In this document: positions 1-9,031 of the stretch, piece after piece
Numbering within the stretch: position 1 is the stretch's first letter
Layout of the letters: every line of letters starts with the position of its first letter
Assembly (NCBI GenBank): GCA_965215265.1
Contig: OZ244048.1
Coordinates: 1,600,001 to 1,664,000, forward strand
Origin: Candidatus Poribacteria bacterium
Lineage (GTDB): Bacteria > Poribacteria > WGA-4E > WGA-3G
DNA: 64,000 nucleotides
Direction: 5' to 3'
Notes under the pieces: model-generated
The model's database searches: none
What the model was told of the DNA's origin: nothing
Seen by the model: the letters and a program-made list of their open reading frames with translations, nothing else
Position numbers and translations under genes: made by a program

Positions 1-811
1 AGATGCGAGAGGACACGCTACAGATCTCTTTACAGATTGGAGTATAGAGTTCCTGAAAGCGCAAGCCCATTCATCACAACCTTTCTTTCTCTATCTCGCC
101 TACAATGCCCCGCACACCCCGATCCAACCGCCTGCTGATTGGGTTGAACGTATCCGCGAACGTGAACCGGATATTTCACCGCAGCGTGCGAAATACATCG
201 CGTTGGTTGAGCACATGGATGCGGGCATTGGACGGGTGCTTGATACACTCGTTGAAACCGAGCAGCTCTCCAACACACTCGTCATCTATACGTCAGACAA
301 CGGAGGCGATATGCGGGTTGGCGCACATAATGGGCCGTTGCGCGGGCAAAAGGGCGATATGTACGAAGGAGGCATCCGGGTACCAGCGTGTGCTATGTGG
401 CCAGGATATATTCCAGAAGGATATATCACAGAGCAGGTTGCAATGCTGATGGATCTCTATCCGACGGTGTGTGAAGTGGCCGGCATTCCGAGCTCGCACG
501 ATATTGAAGGGCGTTCTATCTGGCAGACACTTCAGGGCGAACCACAAGATTTCTCCAAGCGTGTTCTATACTGGCTACGAAGAGAAGGTGGCCAACGTTT
601 CCTTGGGCAGTGTCAACACGCAATTCGACGCGGCGAGATCAAATTGTTACACAACAGCCCGTTCCAACCGCTTGAACTCTACAACCTCGGTAACGATCCA
701 CTGGAAACGACAGACGAAGCGCAGCCACAAGCGGAGCGATTCAGAGAAATGAGCCAACTGTTCCAGATGGAAATGCAGCAGGCGGGCAGCGTGCCGTGGC
801 AACGCGGGTAA
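1..811 (+). CDS. Sulfatase (arylsulfatase A family), 5' part outside window
   Basis: Frame is open from base 2 (DARGHATDLFTDWSIEFL...PFFLYLAYNAPHTP); it contains NTLVIYTSDNGG, LRGQKGDMYEGGIRVP and ELYNLGNDPLET sulfatase motifs. Confidence 0.93.
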   Translation, partial: DARGHATDLFTDWSIEFLKAQAHSSQPFFLYLAYNAPHTPIQPPADWVERIREREPDISPQRAKYIALVEHMDAGIGRVLDTLVETEQLSNTLVIYTSDNGGDMRVGAHNGPLRGQKGDMYEGGIRVPACAMWPGYIPEGYITEQVAMLMDLYPTVCEVAGIPSSHDIEGRSIWQTLQGEPQDFSKRVLYWLRREGGQRFLGQCQHAIRRGEIKLLHNSPFQPLELYNLGNDPLETTDEAQPQAERFREMSQLFQMEMQQAGSVPWQRG

Positions 812-1085
812 CGACTGGCTTAGCTTGCTACTTCTTCCCCTGAATCGCAGATTTTCACTGACTATACAGATTACACTGATTGCTGCCTTATCTAAACACG
901 CGGGCACTCTGGGCACAGAGGACACCAATTTTAGTGTGAAAGAGATAATGGCTCGGGTACTAAAAATCTAAAAAAAGAGTGACTTTTTTCAAACGCTGTG
1001 GTATGCTTATTTGCGAGCCAAGTGGCAAACTCTAAAAAAGCAGCTTGCGGCATGCAGACGAACAACAAGGAATGGGGGTATTAAG

Positions 1086-1211
1086 ATGAAAAAACGCCTA
1101 ACGTTATTCTGTTTTCTAAGTATTACCATGTCAAGTGTTTTACTACCGGTTGCCCCCGTCACCGAAGACCGCTTTTTGCGTTATAGTTTTCCCTCTGCTT
1201 GCGGGGGTTAG
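1086..1211 (+). pseudogene. Short ORF consisting of little more than a signal peptide (possible gene remnant)
   Basis: GGGGG RBS-like sequence then MKKRLTLFCFLSITMSSVLLPVA; the frame ends after 41 codons. Confidence 0.3.
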
Positions 1212-1267
1212 CGGGGTTCGTCTTTTACAGAGGCTATCCGCTGCCACCGAACAACAGACAAAAAACA

Positions 1268-1297
1268 TTGACACTCTCCACTCATTTGTGCTATAAT
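1268..1297 (+). promoter_or_regulatory. Sigma70-type promoter for the Rpn gene
   Basis: TTGACA (1268-1273), 18 bp spacer, TGcTATAAT extended -10 (1292-1297). Confidence 0.75.
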
Positions 1298-1358
1298 GAT
1301 ATAAAACGTTGTCGAAAAAAAGACGACGCAACCAAACACGAGGTATACTCACAACATC

Positions 1359-2297
1359 ATGGCAGAACCCGACATCACCTCTAAATATATGGCACGCGAA
1401 CATCTCAACGCACTCCTAAAGTTGTTCGGCATTCCGAACGCGGTTGTATTGGAGCATGTGGACAGCGTGCAAGCGAGAGTCAAGGAATATCAAGGCGACA
1501 GCAGCGCGAAAGTGAAAATAGATGGTAAAGAGGTGATACTTCATATAGAAATCCAAACCACAGATAGCCGTCAACCGATGTGGGCGCGCGTGGCGAACTA
1601 CTGCGGACACCTGATGCTGGTGCACCAGCTGCCCGTTTACTGTGTGGTGCTCTACCTGCGTCCAAACGCTGGGCGGCGCGACAGTGGCACCTTTGGGTAT
1701 GACGCGACGGATTTCAAATATCTGCTGCAATATAAAGTGGTTCGTCTGGCAGAAGTGGACGGTGCATCGATATTAGCATCGGGTGAGCCGGGTTTGCTGC
1801 CGTATACGCCGTTGATGAAAGCACCTGTGGATATGGACGGTGATGCGTGGTTACGGCGGTGTGTAGAGCAGGCGGAGGTAACATTAGAAAACAATCCGGC
1901 GCGTGCGAATCTAATGACAGCATTCGCAGTATTCGCAGGGCTGCTGCATAGCAAGAGCACGATAGCATCCCTGATTACGGAGGTCATCATGCAAGAGTCA
2001 ACAATCTTACAACCTTACTTCGAAAAAGAACGTGAGGCAGGACGAAAACAAGGTTTAGAACAAGGCATAGAACAAGGTATAGAACAAGGTATCGGACGAG
2101 GTATAGAACAAGGTGAAAAGAAAGGCCTCACCGAGGCGATTTTAGTCTGCCTAGGAAGTCGATTCCAACCGCGTGCCGTCCGTGCCATAAAACCCGCATT
2201 GGATAACATCCAAGATACCCAGCACCTCAAGCAGTTATGCCAAGTCGCTGCAGTCGCCGAAACGCTTGAAGCCTTCATGCAGCAACTTGCTGAATAA
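1359..2297 (+). CDS. Rpn-family (recombination-promoting nuclease / putative transposase) PD-(D/E)XK protein
   Basis: GD...ILHIEIQT nuclease motif, LPVYCVVLYL, LLPYTPL, and C-terminal GxEQG tetrapeptide repeats typical of Rpn proteins. Confidence 0.85.
   Translation: MAEPDITSKYMAREHLNALLKLFGIPNAVVLEHVDSVQARVKEYQGDSSAKVKIDGKEVILHIEIQTTDSRQPMWARVANYCGHLMLVHQLPVYCVVLYLRPNAGRRDSGTFGYDATDFKYLLQYKVVRLAEVDGASILASGEPGLLPYTPLMKAPVDMDGDAWLRRCVEQAEVTLENNPARANLMTAFAVFAGLLHSKSTIASLITEVIMQESTILQPYFEKEREAGRKQGLEQGIEQGIEQGIGRGIEQGEKKGLTEAILVCLGSRFQPRAVRAIKPALDNIQDTQHLKQLCQVAAVAETLEAFMQQLAE
1989..2297 (+). CDS. Putative internally translated small Rpn C-terminal protein (102 aa)
   Basis: GGAGG at 1979-1983 precedes an in-frame ATG at 1989 (MQESTILQ...). 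Confidence 0.6.
   Translation: MQESTILQPYFEKEREAGRKQGLEQGIEQGIEQGIGRGIEQGEKKGLTEAILVCLGSRFQPRAVRAIKPALDNIQDTQHLKQLCQVAAVAETLEAFMQQLAE
2046..2114 (+). repeat. 12-bp coding tandem repeat (GAACAAGGTATA-like) in the Rpn C-terminus
   Basis: Encodes KQGLEQGIEQGIEQGIGRGIEQG. Confidence 0.8.
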
Positions 2298-2303
2298 AGC
2301 CGC

Positions 2304-2355
2304 TTTTCTGAGACGCTCACGCACCGGCTTCCGCAGGCAGGAGTGTCTCAGAGAA
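2304..2355 (+). terminator. Stem-loop downstream of Rpn
   Basis: TTCTGAGACGCTC ... GAGTGTCTCAGAGAA imperfect inverted repeat right after the stop; no clear U-tract. Confidence 0.4.
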
Positions 2356-2409
2356 CTATCTATTAGCAAACAGCGATTTCAGGTACTGTTGGGAACACTA
2401 TTATTACGT

Positions 2410-2499
2410 TTTAGAGTCAATACATCGAACGGCTCCGACGAGATTTACACACGAGCTATCATTACCTAGACGTTGATGGTACGGAGATATACGAAAAAA
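2410..2499 (+). repeat. Family A repeat, half-element
   Basis: ...GGCTCCGACGAGATTTACACACGAGC...GATGGTACGGAGATATACGAAAAAA; near-exact reverse complement of 10802-10890. Confidence 0.95.
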
Positions 2500-2519
2500 T
2501 CCGCCCCCAAAAAAACTGT

Positions 2520-2551
2520 TTGACATTGTCCGTAATTTCGTGTAACATAAT
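2520..2551 (+). promoter_or_regulatory. Possible sigma70 promoter for mod-res
   Basis: TTGACA at 2520-2525, TAACAT at 17 bp spacing. Confidence 0.45.
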
Positions 2552-2600
2552 CTGGTAAGCAATATAAATAATAGCCTGCATGCTTAGAGACAAGGACAAT

Positions 2601-5429
2601 ATGTCAATACATCCATCGAATCCCGAAGCCGAGGCGTTCAAGATACTTTGCGATAAACTCCGTGAGATGTTTCATTTCGCGCATAACGAGCTCGACTTCG
2701 GCATCTTCCGTATCCTAAAAATCAAGCGTGATGAAGTTAACCTATTTATAGACACTAAATTGACGCGTATCGTCGAAGACACGCTGGCGGAGGCTGCACA
2801 GGCACTTTACAATAGCCAACTCGCTGAAGTTACCGAGTATGTTAAGGAAACTGGAGGCGACGCAGAAAAAAACTACCTCTCCGATATTCCCGCCAATCGA
2901 CAACTCCTTATCAACTTTTTCAGGTATAAAGATCGGGAAGACCTTATCGCGCCATTAGAGAATGAGCCCGCGGCTCTCAAAACGAAACTCGCCTTCGGAG
3001 TCTATAACCACGTCCACAACTTTTTTGAACGTTACTACCGAGATGGCGACTTCGGCTATAATGAGCGGAGCACTTCTGTCTATCAAGTGGATTATCCAGA
3101 CGCGGCAGACTACGGGGGCACGGATACCTTATTTCATTGGAAAAGCCGGGATAACTACTACGTCAAAACCGCCTCCGGTTTCAATAGCGTCGCATTTGAA
3201 GTCGACGGAAAACGGATTGAATATCGGTTAGAGGGCCAAGCATATTCCAGCATCGCACAGAACAGTAACCGAGACGATTTCAAACATTACCGCTTCAATA
3301 GAATTGAACCCCCAGAACCAGACGAGCCCGAACCCACATGGCGGGTTATCCTTCACTTAGCTGAAACTTCAACCCAGAAAGTGGACATCTACCGCGAAAT
3401 GAACGCACAGATTTTTGAAGAAACAGCTGAAGATGTGGATGTCTACCTCCACGAACGCCCCAAGCACGGTGAGGCACACGGCAAACCGATTTTTAAAGAA
3501 CTCGCGGATACCTACGACAAAATACAGGGCGGCAAATTGAAAGGGGTTAACGCATTACGGCTCAACCTCGCCAACTACGCTGAAAAATTGGCAAACCGTC
3601 ACGACTTCAAGCAACTCGGCAGAAATAAGACAGAGAGACAAGCAGCTTTACAAACACGCCCAAGAGTCATAAGACTCCACACCTTTGATAAAAATCTGAA
3701 CACCTTTTTCGTCGGCATGGACTCCGACTATTTTATCCATAAGGACTTGGATAAATTCCTGAAAACTGAGCAACGTCGGTATATTCAGAATAGCATCCTC
3801 GGTGATTTAGACACGCTCCTCAACCTCAGCCCTAACAACCCAACGTTTGCTGTCGCCAGAACGTTCAAACAGGTGACAGACGAAGTCATCACGCTGCTCG
3901 TCGCCGTTGAAACCTTCCAAAAGAACCTATTCCTTATGAAGAAAAAGGTAATTAGCACGGATTATCTCATTTCTGTTGGAAAGATCGCCGAGCTGACGAA
4001 GAACGATGATGTCCAACGCCAATATTTTTTCTCGCAGATTCTGGAAAACCCTACACAACTGGCAGACTGGAAAGAAACGTTCGACGTTGACATTACCGAA
4101 CTGTTACCGTTGCTTGAAGGATGGTATCCAACGCTACCGCTCGACACCCAGTATTTCGATGCAGACTTCGTTGACAAACTCCTCGCCCTTTTCGCCGATT
4201 TAGATGCACAGACAGACGGCCTGCTGCTTAACAGCGAGAATTTTCAGGCGTTGGATCTCTTAATGGACAAGTACCGTGGTGCCATAAGATGTATTCACAT
4301 CGACCCGCCCTACAACACGAACACGAGTGGGTTTCTATATAAAAACGATTACCAGCATTCTAGTTGGCTAACACTGATGGAAAATCGGTTGTTCTTGGCT
4401 GAACAGTTGATGGCACGTGATAGCTGTATCCTCTGCCATATTGATGAGAACGAATATGAAAATTTGTTTCATATATTCAACATCCTGTTGAGGCAAAACC
4501 AAGGAACTCTCATCTGGGATAAAAGAAACCCAGTCTTCGGAACAAATACGATAGCGACGCAGCACGAATATATCGTCTGCTATTCTAAGGGAGCTGTAAA
4601 ACTTCATAATCGTTCTCTCAATCGCCCAGCAATTCTTAGGAAAGCCGCTTCATTAATAAGAAAGCACAGTGGTGTCACACAAAAATGCCGCAGAGAATTT
4701 GCGGAGTGGATTAAAAACAGACCTAATTTGAGTGCCGGGGAACGGAACTATTCGGAAATTGATGAGGATGAACAGGTTTACGCGAGTGTCGGTATGGGGG
4801 CACCAGAACTTCGTACCAACCCTAAATTCTTTCAACCCTTAATTCATCCAATCACTAATAAACCATGTGCGATTCCGCAGAATGGATGGAGTAGAACCCC
4901 TGAAACTATGCAGAAGCTATTGGAAAAAAACCTGATTATTTTTGGGAAAGATGAAACAACACAACCGCTACGAAAAATTTATTTGAAGGACCATGTTGCT
5001 AGTGAATTAACATCTGTAATTTCTTTAGGCGAAAAAGGTAAACCTCAAGTAGACTCTTTAGGGTTAAGTTTTCCTTATTGCCATCCTGTTGGGCTGTATG
5101 AGAGGCTTATCTGGGCGGTTACACCGGAGGGAAAGGGCGTAACGCTCGACTTCTTCGCAGGGAGTGGCACTAACGGCCATGCGGTACTTAATCTCAATAA
5201 AGCTGACAACGGCAGCCGCAAATTTATTCTCGTTGAAGAAATGGAAACCTCCTTTGAAAATATCTTGAAAGAACGCATTCGCCGCGTTATGTTCTCTAAA
5301 AACTGGAGAAATGGCAAACCGAAAAGTAAGGAGATCGACGGTACTATCGGCATCGTTAAATATCAACAACTGGAACAGTATGAAGACGTTCTTAACAATA
5401 TCGTTTTTACCCCCCCCCTTGTTTGTTAA
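2601..5429 (+). CDS. mod: Type III restriction-modification methyltransferase (Mod), N-terminal and catalytic part
   Basis: LDFGIFRI N-terminus, SENFQAL, IHIDPPYNT (motif IV), LDFFAGSGTNGHA (motif I) in beta order; AAGGA RBS before ATG 2601 (alternative start 2580). Confidence 0.9.
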   Translation: MSIHPSNPEAEAFKILCDKLREMFHFAHNELDFGIFRILKIKRDEVNLFIDTKLTRIVEDTLAEAAQALYNSQLAEVTEYVKETGGDAEKNYLSDIPANRQLLINFFRYKDREDLIAPLENEPAALKTKLAFGVYNHVHNFFERYYRDGDFGYNERSTSVYQVDYPDAADYGGTDTLFHWKSRDNYYVKTASGFNSVAFEVDGKRIEYRLEGQAYSSIAQNSNRDDFKHYRFNRIEPPEPDEPEPTWRVILHLAETSTQKVDIYREMNAQIFEETAEDVDVYLHERPKHGEAHGKPIFKELADTYDKIQGGKLKGVNALRLNLANYAEKLANRHDFKQLGRNKTERQAALQTRPRVIRLHTFDKNLNTFFVGMDSDYFIHKDLDKFLKTEQRRYIQNSILGDLDTLLNLSPNNPTFAVARTFKQVTDEVITLLVAVETFQKNLFLMKKKVISTDYLISVGKIAELTKNDDVQRQYFFSQILENPTQLADWKETFDVDITELLPLLEGWYPTLPLDTQYFDADFVDKLLALFADLDAQTDGLLLNSENFQALDLLMDKYRGAIRCIHIDPPYNTNTSGFLYKNDYQHSSWLTLMENRLFLAEQLMARDSCILCHIDENEYENLFHIFNILLRQNQGTLIWDKRNPVFGTNTIATQHEYIVCYSKGAVKLHNRSLNRPAILRKAASLIRKHSGVTQKCRREFAEWIKNRPNLSAGERNYSEIDEDEQVYASVGMGAPELRTNPKFFQPLIHPITNKPCAIPQNGWSRTPETMQKLLEKNLIIFGKDETTQPLRKIYLKDHVASELTSVISLGEKGKPQVDSLGLSFPYCHPVGLYERLIWAVTPEGKGVTLDFFAGSGTNGHAVLNLNKADNGSRKFILVEEMETSFENILKERIRRVMFSKNWRNGKPKSKEIDGTIGIVKYQQLEQYEDVLNNIVFTPPLVC
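5410..5418 (+). repeat. C9 homopolymer tract at the mod frameshift
   Basis: ttttaCCCCCCCCCttgtttgttaa; adding one C would join the two mod frames. Confidence 0.85.
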
Positions 5430-5896
5430 GTAATTCTAGAACTGATGAGCCTCCACCTATTTCCATTAAATATCTCTATCGTCCGGAAGAACAACAGATT
5501 CGGTTGATACTGGACCTGCGGCTGCCGTTTTCAAACCGCATCAGATACGGTAAAGAGAGCAAAGAAGGCACTGTCGATGTGTTAGAAACCTATTGCTATC
5601 TCAAGGGGCTCCCTATTCAGAGACGGCTCCGTTTCGATTTGAACGGGCAAATATACCGGGTCGTCCGAAGCGGCACGCGAGCCGTGGTATTCCGTAACGT
5701 GATTGATGGGCTGGACGATACACCACAGTTTTTAGAGATTCTCGCGGATGAACGGCTACAAGGCATCACTCGGTTAGACGTTAACTACGACGCAGATCGG
5801 AACAAGTTGCTAGAAGAATCCGGGCTGCGGGATATCCACTGTATCACAACATCGGATTTTGACACCAGCGCGGTCTGGGATAATGCCGATGAATAG
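5423..5896 (+). CDS. C-terminal domain of Mod in the -1 frame
   Basis: PF...VDVLETYCYLKGL...VVFRN resembles the C-terminal extension of long type III Mod proteins; no obvious RBS of its own; overlaps the mod stop. Confidence 0.7.
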   Translation: MLSNSRTDEPPPISIKYLYRPEEQQIRLILDLRLPFSNRIRYGKESKEGTVDVLETYCYLKGLPIQRRLRFDLNGQIYRVVRSGTRAVVFRNVIDGLDDTPQFLEILADERLQGITRLDVNYDADRNKLLEESGLRDIHCITTSDFDTSAVWDNADE

Positions 5897-5916
5897 ACGA
5901 ATATTTCGGGGAACCC

Positions 5917-8900
5917 ATGGCACTCTACCAAGACTATGAAACGAAAATCCTAACTGAAAACGGCATTGACATCCGCGATGAGGTTATAAAACGAGATATT
6001 GAGCGGTACGACCCAGAACGTGTGTTACAACTGCCCCCAGAACCGTTAGAACGGATCCTGAAATTCTTAGAGGATTACAATTACCTGACCGGAAGTCATT
6101 TTGAACTCCGTTACTATCAGGTGCTGGCATTGCTGTTCACCGAGCAATTCTTTATCGATCGGGAGGATTCGGAGGTTGATGCGGAGGCCCGGCGGATGCT
6201 CGCATACTGGATGGCAACCGGCAGTGGCAAAACCCTCATCATGCACCTTAACATCCTCCAGTATCTACACCATTTCTTTGGAACAGAGAGCACTTGCCTC
6301 CAAATCTACCTGACAACTCCCTTAGCAAATCTGATTAAACAGCATGAACGCGAACTGGTACCGTACATCCGTCAGTTAAACGAAGTTTATAACAGACGCA
6401 TTGAACTGGTTATTGAGACGACGCAAGGACTCTTGCAGAAAGCACCTGACTATTTTGAGTTACCAAATGATGGAAAAACGTGTCGGCTCATTTTAGCAGA
6501 CGAAGCACATATCGGGTTGACCCGCCAAGAATCTGGAAAATTCAGAGACCTCCGCAACCGCCTCAATGTAGGGGACTCCTTTCTATTTGAATACTCCGCC
6601 ACTTTCCACAACGTCGCCAAAGAATTGCGAGACGAATACGATAAGGCGATCATCTATCGATACGACTACGCCCGATTCTACAACGACGGGTACGGGAAAG
6701 ACCATTTTTTCAAACCGATCGCCGCTGATACCGTAGCCACCGAATCCGCAAAGCAGCTCAGGGACAACCTGAATGTATCTTTCTGGGTTATGGAGGAAAA
6801 GTTACAGACCTTCAAAAGGGTACGTGATGCGGAAGAGTACGACCTTGATTTGACGGTACATCGGCCCTTAATGGCGTTTATGGGACATACGGTAGAAAAT
6901 CCGAAGGATGAAGGCGAAGCGGATGAAGTTTCTGACATTCAGAAGGTGTTAGATTACCTCGCTGCGTTGAGCCCAGAGGAGCGTGAAAAATTTAATTCTG
7001 TTTTCCATGGGGATATTATCGGGCCCCTGGTCGTCGCGTGCAATCCGGATAACAACAGCGAGCTGCTGCTCTCTTATGGCGAAGGCGAAAAATGGGGCAT
7101 GATTAACGTCGGCGAAGGTGTCCGTTTTTACAACAGCATCGAAAATCCCCGTATTGAAACCCGCATGGAGACAATAGCGAACCCGAACCTACACTTTGAA
7201 AACCTCGATACAGAGACCAGTCCCATAAATGTTCTTATTGGCAGCCGGAAGTTTGCAGAAGGCTGGAACTCCTATCGGCTCTCTGTCATAGCTCTGATTA
7301 ACTTGGGCAGTGCCAAAGGGAATCTGATTATCCAGATTTTTGGGCGTGGTGTCCGACTCCGTGGGAAGGGCGGCGATGGCAAACGCCGGTATTTGCAACA
7401 GATGCTAAACTACCCGCCCTCTTCTTATAAAGATAAGGAGTCCGACATCCGACGTTTGGAAACCTTGACCGTTTTCAGCTTGCGCCGCAGCTACCTAGAA
7501 CGTTTTCTTAAGGAAGTACACGATGGAGGTATCCCGCTCTATCACACCTTCAAGATTCAGGTGAATCCAACACTTTTCAAAGTCGATACTGATACAGACC
7601 TCCGCTTTGAGGAATATAGGGAGCAATTGCCCATCTTTAAACAGGCTGGCAGCGACACGAGTACAATCAAACGTGTGACGCTCAGCGACGGGGACATCCG
7701 TTATACCTATTTCGATGGTACTACCCAAAAGTGTGATGTTATCAGTAATTGGCGAGAACAGACGCTGGACTACCGGACGGATCGGACGCGCGATGTTCCT
7801 AATGTTTATGAAGACCTGCAGCGCTATAATAAAGTCTACTTTCACTATCTGAACAGAGCCCGGCTTGCTACTGTCATCCGGCGTGAGGCTGAGAGAAACG
7901 GTATACAACTCTATGGCCACGAAAATAGCGAACCGACTATAACAGATATTCTAAAGCTCGTCTCAGATATCCGCTATCGACAGTACGATACGGATGCCAT
8001 CGCTTGGACAGATCGGCTCAATCGCCGTGTAGTCATCGATGTCATCCAGAAACTGCGGAACCGCATCAACACGCATATCAACCGGGCGAACTACGATTAT
8101 CGCCATGTGGAACGTGAGGATTTTATCTATGAATATACTGTGACACGAGAATTCGAGACGCGCGAGGCCTATGAACAGTGCTTGCAGCAGATCGACGGAG
8201 CAACACAAACCGGTAAGAACCCGGAAACCCGCATCCGGAGCCTGTTAGAATTATTGTCGGACCCGAAACATCGACAACATAGACATATTTACAAACCTCT
8301 TCTATTAGACCCACGGGAACAGAACACCCCTGACTTGAAAAACGTCAAAATTTCACCGGACCGCTTAAATGCAGGCGAACGCAAATTTGTTGAAAATCTG
8401 ACAGATTACATCAAGCAAGCCTACCACGACAACGACCGGTATCAGTTTTACCTATTGCGGAACGTACAGAAAATCGGGATATATCTGGAGAGCGACGACG
8501 GCAGCTATTTTCCAGACTTTGTACTGTGGGTAGTAGATACAAAAATAGAGAGAACTCACATTCTTTTCATTGATCCGAAGGGGCAGCGCGGCATCATTGA
8601 TGATGCGACGCTCAATTACAGAGAGCACCCCAAAATCCGACTTGCCCGTAAATCGAAAGATTGCACGCTCAATATGCTCGAAGAACGTTTAAAAGCAGCA
8701 TTCGACGGGACGTTCTGTCTAAGCGCCTTCATCCTCCTCCGCGACAGTTCAAAAATGGGCTACAATAAGCCTTCGCCGTGGATCTACGAGAATATGTTGG
8801 CATATAACATCCTCCGGTTGAATTGGCATGAGAAAACGGAGAGTGGGGCGACTAGTCAACTGTTCAACGGTAAGTCGTATCTGGATTTAATGTTTGAAAA

Positions 8901-8919
8901 AGCGGGAATTGAACCGTGA
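5917..8919 (+). CDS. res: Type III restriction endonuclease / helicase subunit (Res)
   Basis: MATGSGKT, LADEAH, EYSATF, KFAEGW, QIFGRGVRL helicase motifs; C-terminal FPDFVLW...FIDPKG nuclease motif. Confidence 0.92.
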   Translation: MALYQDYETKILTENGIDIRDEVIKRDIERYDPERVLQLPPEPLERILKFLEDYNYLTGSHFELRYYQVLALLFTEQFFIDREDSEVDAEARRMLAYWMATGSGKTLIMHLNILQYLHHFFGTESTCLQIYLTTPLANLIKQHERELVPYIRQLNEVYNRRIELVIETTQGLLQKAPDYFELPNDGKTCRLILADEAHIGLTRQESGKFRDLRNRLNVGDSFLFEYSATFHNVAKELRDEYDKAIIYRYDYARFYNDGYGKDHFFKPIAADTVATESAKQLRDNLNVSFWVMEEKLQTFKRVRDAEEYDLDLTVHRPLMAFMGHTVENPKDEGEADEVSDIQKVLDYLAALSPEEREKFNSVFHGDIIGPLVVACNPDNNSELLLSYGEGEKWGMINVGEGVRFYNSIENPRIETRMETIANPNLHFENLDTETSPINVLIGSRKFAEGWNSYRLSVIALINLGSAKGNLIIQIFGRGVRLRGKGGDGKRRYLQQMLNYPPSSYKDKESDIRRLETLTVFSLRRSYLERFLKEVHDGGIPLYHTFKIQVNPTLFKVDTDTDLRFEEYREQLPIFKQAGSDTSTIKRVTLSDGDIRYTYFDGTTQKCDVISNWREQTLDYRTDRTRDVPNVYEDLQRYNKVYFHYLNRARLATVIRREAERNGIQLYGHENSEPTITDILKLVSDIRYRQYDTDAIAWTDRLNRRVVIDVIQKLRNRINTHINRANYDYRHVEREDFIYEYTVTREFETREAYEQCLQQIDGATQTGKNPETRIRSLLELLSDPKHRQHRHIYKPLLLDPREQNTPDLKNVKISPDRLNAGERKFVENLTDYIKQAYHDNDRYQFYLLRNVQKIGIYLESDDGSYFPDFVLWVVDTKIERTHILFIDPKGQRGIIDDATLNYREHPKIRLARKSKDCTLNMLEERLKAAFDGTFCLSAFILLRDSSKMGYNKPSPWIYENMLAYNILRLNWHEKTESGATSQLFNGKSYLDLMFEKAGIEP

Positions 8920-8939
8920 GGCGAGATGGTTAATCTCAC

Positions 8940-9021
8940 CCCAGTGGGTGGCAGGTGGTGCCCACCCACCCTTTTCCAGTCTCTCCTACAAGGAGAGACA
9001 AAGAATACCTATCCTGCCACT
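8940..9021. repeat. Family B palindrome (with a C motif) between convergent genes
   Basis: CCCAGTGGGTGGCAGG...GTCTCTCC-TACAA-GGAGAGACAAAGAATACCTATCCTGCCAC. Confidence 0.9.
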
Positions 9022-9031
9022 CCGATTAAGC

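Noticed and set aside
845-930. Short degenerate tandem motifs (CAGATTACACTGAT; GGCACTCTGGGCACAGAG) after the sulfatase
   Set aside because: Too short and degenerate, and not clearly repeated elsewhere in the window
1359-2297. Rpn as the transposase mobilising family A
   Set aside because: It is not flanked by element ends on both sides, and Rpn proteins lack demonstrated transposase activity
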